From Clostridia bacterium (lineage in GTDB: Bacteria > Bacillota > Clostridia > UMGS1883): a stretch of 41,933 bases of DNA. Of this stretch, positions 36,313-41,933 are shown in pieces (position 1 is the stretch's first letter; the number at the start of each line of letters is the position of its first letter). A model generated the notes under the pieces. That model saw nothing but the letters and a program-made list of their open reading frames with translations. It had not been told where the DNA came from and searched no databases. Where the stretch lies: assembly GCA_017547445.1 (NCBI GenBank), contig JAFYPR010000033.1, positions 1 to 41,933 of the forward strand, given 5' to 3'. The position numbers and the translations under genes are program-made.

Positions 36313-37278
36313 TTAAATTGTCAACACATATTTTCCGTTAATAAGGACACCCGAAACGCTGTTGTCCTCATAAAGAGAAAACCCTTCAAGATAAGGCATA
36401 TTTTCCTTCTTCTGCCCTGCCACCTTGCTTAAAAACCGTCTGTTATAGCGAATTTCGCCCGACCCTTCCCTTTGGGCATTGCGTCTTATAACCCTTGAAT
36501 ACACCCTTTCTCCCAGAGCCTCGTGGTAAAATCCGCCTGCGGCGTTACAACGAAGCTCCTCCGAATTCTGAAGTCCTATCCGTAAAACCTTCACGTTATT
36601 TTCAAAAAATATACTGTAACAGTCCGCCGCCGTATCAAGCATTTCTTCAAAATCCATGGGCACATACTCCCCTCTTTCATACATATCCGCAAGAAGGGTG
36701 TTTTTTAATATAACAGTGGGATAAATCCTCGTTTCCACGGCGCCCAGTTCTACAAACTGCCTTGCCGTAGCAATGCTCTTTTCGTATGTATCCGAGGGCA
36801 AGCCTATCATCATCTGTAAGCCTAATGCAATTCCTCTTTTTCTTATAGCCTCCGCCGCACGGTATACATCATCCTTCGTGTGCCCTCTCCTTGCCCTTTC
36901 AAGAACCTCTCCGTCAAGGCTCTGCGCCCCTAATTCAATATTTGTAACAGGGTAGGCAGCAAGGATATCCATTATTTCATCATCTATATAGTCAGGTCTT
37001 GTGGAAAGGCGTATTCCTTTAATCCTCTCTCCGTCCACATACTTTTTTGCCGCATCAAGATATCCTTTCATGTTATCTTTACCAATCCCCGTAAAGCTTC
37101 CGCCGAAAAAGGCAATGGTATGTCCGTTTCCCGAAAGGGTTTTAAGGTTTTCTTTTATAAATTCCTCCGCCTCATATTCTGTAGGCGGTACAATTTTACC
37201 CGTGATAGATTTCTGATTACAGAAGGCGCAATCATTTCTGCAGCCTGCATGGGGTATAAAAATCGGTATATTAGCCAT
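36313..37278 (-). CDS. Radical SAM protein (ELP3-like small family)
   Basis: 'PHAGCRNDCAFCNQ' (CxxxCxxC) at the N-terminus. It overlaps the rnc stop by 8 nt. Confidence 0.8.
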   Translation of the reverse strand: MANIPIFIPHAGCRNDCAFCNQKSITGKIVPPTEYEAEEFIKENLKTLSGNGHTIAFFGGSFTGIGKDNMKGYLDAAKKYVDGERIKGIRLSTRPDYIDDEIMDILAAYPVTNIELGAQSLDGEVLERARRGHTKDDVYRAAEAIRKRGIALGLQMMIGLPSDTYEKSIATARQFVELGAVETRIYPTVILKNTLLADMYERGEYVPMDFEEMLDTAADCYSIFFENNVKVLRIGLQNSEELRCNAAGGFYHEALGERVYSRVIRRNAQREGSGEIRYNRRFLSKVAGQKKENMPYLEGFSLYEDNSVSGVLINGKYVLTI

Positions 37279-37951
37279 TGCACTTATCTCCCAAAGCCGC
37301 CTTTGCCGCCATCTGCTGGGCCTCCTGCTTTGTTCTTCCGCTTCCCGTGCCTAAAATTTTGTTATTTAGCGAAACTGCCATAGTGAAAACCTTATTATGT
37401 GCAGGTCCCTCCTCCTTAACAGGCAGATATTCTATCAAAACACTGCCTTCCTTCTGCAATTTTTCCTGAAGCATTGTCTTATAGTCACGGTTCAATCTTC
37501 CCTCTGCGGCATTTTCAATAATATGTCCGTAAGCGTCAAAGATAACCTCTCTCGCCTTATCAATACCGCCGTCAAGGTAAATGGCGGCTAAAATTGCCTC
37601 CACCATGTCCGCAAGGATTGATGCCCTCTCTCTGCCTCCGGTAAGCTCTTCGCCCTTGCCTAAACGGGCATGCTTGCCAACTTCAAGCTTTTCCGCAATC
37701 CTTGAAAGGGTTTCCTCGCACACTATATTCGCCCTCATTCTGCTCATCTTACCCTCAGGAAAGTCGGAATAAGTTTTGTAAATATACATACTTGTAAGCA
37801 TCTGAAGCACCGCATCACCTAAAAACTCCAGCCTTTCATAGCTCTCAACATGCCTTTCATGAGCATATGAGGTATGGGTAAGTGCAGTTATAAGAAGCTC
37901 TTCATTTTTAAAGCTGTATCCCAGACTTTTCTGAAAATCCTTTATATCCAT
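37271..37951 (-). CDS. rnc: Ribonuclease III
   Basis: Signature 'ERLEFLGDAVL' and a C-terminal dsRBD ('GPAHNKVF...GSGRTKQEAQQMAA'). I chose ATG 37951 after GGGAGAG. The longer track ORF covers the gene's own promoter. Confidence 0.9.
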   Translation of the reverse strand: MDIKDFQKSLGYSFKNEELLITALTHTSYAHERHVESYERLEFLGDAVLQMLTSMYIYKTYSDFPEGKMSRMRANIVCEETLSRIAEKLEVGKHARLGKGEELTGGRERASILADMVEAILAAIYLDGGIDKAREVIFDAYGHIIENAAEGRLNRDYKTMLQEKLQKEGSVLIEYLPVKEEGPAHNKVFTMAVSLNNKILGTGSGRTKQEAQQMAAKAALGDKCNG

Positions 37952-37982
37952 AAAAATCTCTCCCAAATTTTCTTCTGAATGT

Positions 37983-38011
37983 ATTGTATACCAAATATTA
38001 TAAAAGGTCAA
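37983..38011 (-). promoter_or_regulatory. Sigma-70-type promoter of rnc
   Basis: Minus strand: TTGACC (38011-38006), 17-nt spacer, TACAAT (37988-37983). Confidence 0.65.
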
Positions 38012-38075
38012 TATCTTTCACAACCGACAAAAACCCCTGTTTTACTACATTTTCCGCAGTTTCCCGGCTGTGTGT

Positions 38076-38272
38076 AATTATGTAAACCTCAAAAAAGTTT
38101 TCCACAATTTCCCCAAAGTGCAAAATAGTAGTTTTCCACAGGTTGCGAATGCTGATTTTGCGGTTTTAAACTGAGTTTTCCACAGCTTCCACATTAAATC
38201 AGTCTTTTTTTTGTGGAAGTTCGACCTTTTTCCAACATAGCCAATCTCCCATGAAATCAGGTTTACATAATT
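38076..38272. promoter_or_regulatory. DnaA-box-like cluster bounded by a perfect 14-bp inverted repeat
   Basis: The inverted repeat is aattatgtaaacct (38076-38089) / aggtttacataatt (38259-38272). TTTTCCACA, which fits TTWTNCACA exactly, occurs at 38098, 38132 and 38176, each time as AGTTTTCCACA. Weaker boxes lie at 38185-38193 and 38212-38220 (reverse). Confidence 0.6.
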
Positions 38273-38332
38273 CTTGTTTTCGTCCTTTTCCGCGCAGAAT
38301 CCGACAAAATTTTTTTCTTATTAAAATAATCA

Positions 38333-38361
38333 TTGCAAAAACGCCCCGGGAGGCTTATAAT
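38333..38361 (+). promoter_or_regulatory. Sigma-70-type promoter of hisD
   Basis: TTGCAA (38333-38338), 17-nt spacer, TATAAT (38356-38361), with an AT-rich tract upstream. Confidence 0.7.
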
Positions 38362-38395
38362 ATAGCTTAATAACAATTTCGGAAGGATGATTTTT

Positions 38396-39688
38396 ATGAA
38401 TATATATACACTCTCTGAGATGACACAGGAAGAAAAAACAAAAATTATGAAGCGTGCGGAATTTGATATTACAGAGCAGATGAAGCTTGCAAAGGAAGTT
38501 TCAGATGACGTGCGTGACAACGGCGATAAGGCAGTATTGAAGTATACGGAAAAGTTTGACCGTGTTACCCTCACTCAGGATAAAATAAAGGTAACAGAAG
38601 AAGAAATTGAAACTGCATATAACCGCCTTGATAAGGAAACACGGGAAGCTATTGAATATGCATATAAGAATATTTACGATTTCCACGAAAAGCAGCTCCC
38701 CGAGGAAATGTGGTTTACAAACGTTGACAAGGGTCTTATGGTAGGTGAAAAGACAACTCCCATCGTTGACGTATGTCTCTACGTTCCCGGCGGCAAGGGC
38801 AGCTTCCCCTCCGTCTTACTTATGCTTGGTGTTCCCGCCACTGTTGCAGGTGTTAGTAAAATTGTTGTTGTAACTCCTCCCAATCAGAAAGGCGAGGTTG
38901 ATGATGCAATTTTAACTGCCGCAAAGATTATCGGCATTAAGGATATTTACAAGGTAGGCGGCATTCAGGCGGTAGCAGCGGTAGCCTACGGCACGGAAAC
39001 TATCCCCAAATGCCATAAAATCATCGGCCCCGGCAACAGCTATGCAACAGCCGCGAAGAGGGTTCTTGCCCAGCAGATTGATGCAGGTCTCCCTGCAGGC
39101 CCCAGCGAGGTTATAATCCTTGCTGACGAAAAGGCAGACCCTGAGAAGGTTGCGCTTGACTGGATGATTGAAGCTGAGCACGGTCCCGACTCCTCCGCTC
39201 TTTTAGTAACACATTCAAGAGAGCTCGTTGAAAAGGTTCTACCCATTATCGAAAGACAGAAGGGAAAGATTTCCGAAAGAAGAAGAAGCTTTATCGAAGC
39301 TGTTGAAAATAATTACGGCGGTGTTATCCTTACTGATTCACTTGCCGAAAGCGTACAGTTTGTAAATGACTATGCTCCCGAGCATATGGAGGTTATGTGT
39401 GATAAGCCCTTCGATGTTCTTCCCGACATTAAAAACGCAGGTGAAATTCTTTTAGGCGAATATACACCCGTAACACTTTGCAACTTCCTTTTAGGTCCCA
39501 ATGCAATTCTTCCCACAGGCGGTTTTGCAAAGACATATTCTTCCGTATCCGTGTTTGACTTCTTAAAGCGCTCTTCTATAGGCTATGCATCACGTGAAGG
39601 CTTTGAAAGAGTCCGTGATTATGCATATAAAATGGCAACAGTCGAAGGCTTTGACACACACGGCTTGGCAGTAAAAGAACGTAAATAA
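38396..39688 (+). CDS. hisD: Histidinol dehydrogenase
   Basis: 'KIIGPGNSYATAAKR', 'EAEHGPDS' and a C-terminus typical of HisD. Start is ATG 38396, 9 nt after GGAAGG. Confidence 0.9.
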   Translation: MNIYTLSEMTQEEKTKIMKRAEFDITEQMKLAKEVSDDVRDNGDKAVLKYTEKFDRVTLTQDKIKVTEEEIETAYNRLDKETREAIEYAYKNIYDFHEKQLPEEMWFTNVDKGLMVGEKTTPIVDVCLYVPGGKGSFPSVLLMLGVPATVAGVSKIVVVTPPNQKGEVDDAILTAAKIIGIKDIYKVGGIQAVAAVAYGTETIPKCHKIIGPGNSYATAAKRVLAQQIDAGLPAGPSEVIILADEKADPEKVALDWMIEAEHGPDSSALLVTHSRELVEKVLPIIERQKGKISERRRSFIEAVENNYGGVILTDSLAESVQFVNDYAPEHMEVMCDKPFDVLPDIKNAGEILLGEYTPVTLCNFLLGPNAILPTGGFAKTYSSVSVFDFLKRSSIGYASREGFERVRDYAYKMATVEGFDTHGLAVKERK

Positions 39689-39817
39689 ATACTTCCACAC
39701 ACCTACTGCAACCCACAACACGGGACACTCCCTACCCATAGCCAACCCACAATTTCGTTTTTTCTGCACACTAAATGGAAAATGAATGAATGGGAGTGTC
39801 GCTGTTCCTTTAAAAAT

Positions 39818-39860
39818 GTTGCAATTACCTGATTAAAGTATGCTAAAACCCACAAAGGAT
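39818..39860 (+). repeat. Second copy of the 43-nt leader module (see 27833-27875)
   Basis: gttgcaattacctgattaaagtatgctaaaacccacaaaggat. It includes the hisB RBS. Confidence 0.8.
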
Positions 39861-39868
39861 TGATTAAA

Positions 39869-40483
39869 ATGATTAAAGTTACACGTAAAACAAGTGAAAG
39901 TACAATGCAGGTAATTCTTTCTGACGGTCCCGTTAAAAAGGATTACAGAAGCCGCATAAAAACTCCTCTTCCCTTTTTAAACCACATGATTGAGCAGACA
40001 GTATGGAGAAGTGGCTTCAATATCGAAGCTGAAGTAAGCCTTACAGATTTTTGTCTTGCTCACCTTGTAACAGAGGACTTGGGGCAGGCAGTAGGTAAAG
40101 CCTTTGCAAAAAGGCTTGAAAATACAGACGGCTCCGTAGGCTTTGGCGACGGCTTTGGTATGATTGACGAGGCTCTTGCCCACACAACAATAAGCTTTGA
40201 GCAAAGAGCATTTTTCGGTTTTTATCCTTCTGTGGCTATTCCCGAAAATGTTGAGGGCATGGCTTCCGAGGAGCTTCTTGTTTTCCTTGACGCATTCTGT
40301 CAGGGTGCAAACTGCACCATGCAGATTGACCTTACAAGAGGTGAAAACACCCACCACATCTGGGAGGCAATTTTCCGTTCCTTCGGTATTGCCCTTAAAA
40401 ATGCTTTTACCGTTGACGAAAGCCGTAAGGGTATGACAAGCGGTGTTGCAGGCAAGGTAGTATTTGAGGTTGAGGAAATCTGA
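39869..40483 (+). CDS. hisB: Imidazoleglycerol-phosphate dehydratase-like protein (divergent)
   Basis: IGPD landmarks are present: 'RKTSES', 'FLNHMI', 'MIDEAL', 'GENTHHIWEA'. The D.HH..ED motif reads 'LAHLVTED'. Start is ATG 39869, 9 nt after AAAGGA. Confidence 0.7.
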   Translation: MIKVTRKTSESTMQVILSDGPVKKDYRSRIKTPLPFLNHMIEQTVWRSGFNIEAEVSLTDFCLAHLVTEDLGQAVGKAFAKRLENTDGSVGFGDGFGMIDEALAHTTISFEQRAFFGFYPSVAIPENVEGMASEELLVFLDAFCQGANCTMQIDLTRGENTHHIWEAIFRSFGIALKNAFTVDESRKGMTSGVAGKVVFEVEEI

Positions 40484-41526
40484 TGGCTAAAGTTGCACCA
40501 TTTTTAGATAAATATGAATACATAATTTTTGACATGGACGGTGTTATCACCAGCGAGCAGAATTACTGGGACATTGCCGCGCTGACCGTTTATGAGCTTT
40601 TAAACGGAGCTCATTATTACGGAAATGAAAAGTTCGATCCCCTTTGGGCCTTAGACCATGTAAAGGAAATAAGGGACGAGGTCTTTGTTTCAGACAAGAC
40701 AATTGCCCTTGTGAAGGACCGCGGTGTAAATTCCAACTGGGATTTGGGATATGTGGTTTTTGCCTATATCCTCTCAGGCAAATGTAAGGATTACAAGGCA
40801 GTTTATGATTATATAAACGAAAGCAGTCTTATGGCATTTGACCTTTATGACGAATGTGCCCGTCTTTTGTCAGAAAAGCTCGGCGTCCCCATTGATATGT
40901 GCAAAAGAAATGAGCCTGTATGGAATATGTGCCGTGACACCTTTCAGGAATGGTATTTCGGAAGTGACGAATTTGAGGTTTTCTATAACACAAAACCCCG
41001 ATGCCCCCATAAGCCTTCCATGGAAATGCGGGAAGTACCCGCAATAGAGCTTGATGATGTTTTAAAAGTTCTCTCCACTCTTAAGGGAAACGGCAAAAAG
41101 CTTATGATTGCCACAGGCAGAAGTGACCGTGACGTTTCAAACCCCATGAGGCTTTGGGATATACGAAAATATTTTGAACCCGATGCAATCGCAACCTATA
41201 CCCATATTATGAACGCAGAGGAAAGCTTCAAAAAAACAGGCAAAAAGGTTATTCTTACAAAGCCGGAGCCTTACATTTTCCTTAAAGCGCTCTACCGCAC
41301 AGATTATCCGGATGAAAAAATCCTCTCGGGGGATTTTGACAAATCATATCTCTCCAAAGCTTTGGTTGTAGGTGATGCAGGCAGTGACCTTTTTGCCGCA
41401 AAGCGTATGGGAAGCGACTTTCTTGCAGTTCTGACAGGCTCAGGCGGTGAAAAGACACGCCCCTTCTTTGAAAAGGAAAAGGCAGAGTACATTCTTCCCT
41501 CAATTAAGGGAATGATTACTCCTTGA
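40483..41526 (+). CDS. HAD-superfamily hydrolase with a large cap insertion
   Basis: HAD motifs '[10 protein letters not shown]' (I), 'ATGRS' (II), 'TKPEP' (III) and '[12 protein letters not shown]' (IV). It has a TGATG overlap with hisB. Confidence 0.8.
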   Translation: MAKVAPFLDKYEYIIFDMDGVITSEQNYWDIAALTVYELLNGAHYYGNEKFDPLWALDHVKEIRDEVFVSDKTIALVKDRGVNSNWDLGYVVFAYILSGKCKDYKAVYDYINESSLMAFDLYDECARLLSEKLGVPIDMCKRNEPVWNMCRDTFQEWYFGSDEFEVFYNTKPRCPHKPSMEMREVPAIELDDVLKVLSTLKGNGKKLMIATGRSDRDVSNPMRLWDIRKYFEPDAIATYTHIMNAEESFKKTGKKVILTKPEPYIFLKALYRTDYPDEKILSGDFDKSYLSKALVVGDAGSDLFAAKRMGSDFLAVLTGSGGEKTRPFFEKEKAEYILPSIKGMITP

Positions 41527-41551
41527 CAATTTTGGTTATAATGAATATAAT
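41523..41551 (+). promoter_or_regulatory. Sigma-70-type promoter of the DUF1858 gene
   Basis: TTGACA (41523-41528), 17-nt spacer, TATAAT (41546-41551). Confidence 0.6.
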
Positions 41552-41584
41552 TGTGTAAAGAAATTTTTATACGGAGGTAATATT

Positions 41585-41788
41585 ATGGCACAGGTAACTA
41601 AGGATACAATTATTATGGACGTTTTGAGAATTGATCCCGAAACAGCTCCTATCTTTTTTGAAATCGGTATGCACTGCTTAGGCTGCCCCTCTGCATCAGG
41701 CGAAAGCTTGGAGCAGGCGGCACTTGTTCACGGTGTTGACCCCGATGAGCTTGTTCAGAAAATTAACGACTTTTTGGAAAGCAAGTAA
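41585..41788 (+). CDS. DUF1858 / hybrid-cluster-protein-associated redox disulfide domain protein
   Basis: 67 aa with '[23 protein letters not shown]', typical of the family. RBS is GGAGGT. Confidence 0.8.
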   Translation: MAQVTKDTIIMDVLRIDPETAPIFFEIGMHCLGCPSASGESLEQAALVHGVDPDELVQKINDFLESK

Positions 41789-41789
41789 T

Positions 41790-41824
41790 AAGAAAGCTCT
41801 ATGCATTATGCATAGAGCTTTCTT
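41790..41824 (+). terminator. Hairpin terminator after the DUF1858 gene
   Basis: 16-bp palindrome aagaaagctctatgca-tta-tgcatagagctttctt. The trailing T-run is weak. Confidence 0.6.
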
Positions 41825-41826
41825 GA

Positions 41827-41895
41827 GCGTGTCGATAAAGTGTTATCGACACGCGACCTCAAAGGCGGGCTAACGCCCTTCGGCACTTTGAGGTC
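41827..41895. repeat. Two further strong hairpins at the window edge
   Basis: gcgtgtcgata-aagtgt-tatcgacacgc (11 bp) and gacctcaaag-21 nt-ctttgaggtc (10 bp). The first contains TCGATA/TATCGA and GCGTGT, as in the 26.6-kb array. Confidence 0.7.
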
Positions 41896-41933
41896 TAAAT
41901 TTTATAAGGAATAAAGTGACGATTTCTCGTGCA

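Noticed and set aside
37952-38011. Longer N-terminal extensions offered by the ORF track (rnc from 38011, ispE from 15683, ttcA-like from 9972, thrS from 36265, sleB from 34212, hisB from 39860)
   Set aside because: The extensions start at TTG or GTG without an RBS. They cover canonical promoters (rnc, ispE) or precede ATG codons that have strong AAGGAG-type RBSs and family-typical N-termini.
38076-38272. Calling the DnaA-box cluster the chromosomal oriC
   Set aside because: There is no dnaA, dnaN or rpmH nearby, I could not identify a clear DnaA-trio or AT-rich unwinding element, and I cannot compute the genome-wide skew from one window. It is kept as a hypothesis in the findings and not annotated as an origin.
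37952-38395. T-box or other riboswitch leader upstream of hisD, and the same question for thrS at 36257-36312
   Set aside because: I found no T-box consensus, specifier/antiterminator arrangement or other recognisable riboswitch core by eye. The hisD promoter lies only ~35 nt upstream of the start codon, leaving no room for a leader.
38263-38574. 103-aa minus-strand ORF covering the hisD promoter and 5' end
   Set aside because: It overlaps the canonical hisD promoter, RBS and N-terminus on the opposite strand, has a low-complexity Ser/Ile-rich sequence, and has no RBS.

Overview
The window looks like a chromosomal segment of a Clostridia (Oscillospiraceae/Ruminococcaceae-like) bacterium. It has AAGGAGG-type ribosome-binding sites and canonical TTGnnn-17-TATAAT promoters. 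Most of it is housekeeping: rplM-rpsI, ylxM-ffh-rpsP-khpA, ispE, ligA, hpf, thrS, rnc, hisD/hisB and two radical-SAM loci. There are also glycan and surface genes: a large LRR protein, a GH35 beta-galactosidase, a heparinase II/III-like lyase, a secreted C1 peptidase and an SBP lipoprotein. I found no tRNA, rRNA, CRISPR array, transposase, integrase or phage genes. Five things deserve a second look. (1) A six-gene operon (3527-9089, minus strand) pairs a PAS-containing sensory-type [FeFe]-hydrogenase with a PP2C phosphatase, an APH-fold kinase, two small [2Fe-2S] proteins and a catalytic-type [FeFe]-hydrogenase. (2) A low-GC two-gene island (26.5-27.9 kb) is preceded by a convergent array of 4x TCGATAT and 4x ATATCGA heptamers interleaved with variable hairpins. 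(3) A 197-bp module bounded by a perfect 14-bp inverted repeat carries three identical AGTTTTCCACA DnaA-box-like sites between the rnc and hisD promoters. (4) A MITE-like 174-bp element has terminal inverted repeats and an internal three-way-junction fold. (5) A mosaic family of short intergenic repeats includes a two-hairpin unit with four compensatory stem changes flanking sleB, and a 43-nt module shared by the leaders of an ABC exporter and hisB. All structures were found by eye. None is confirmed by computation or database search.
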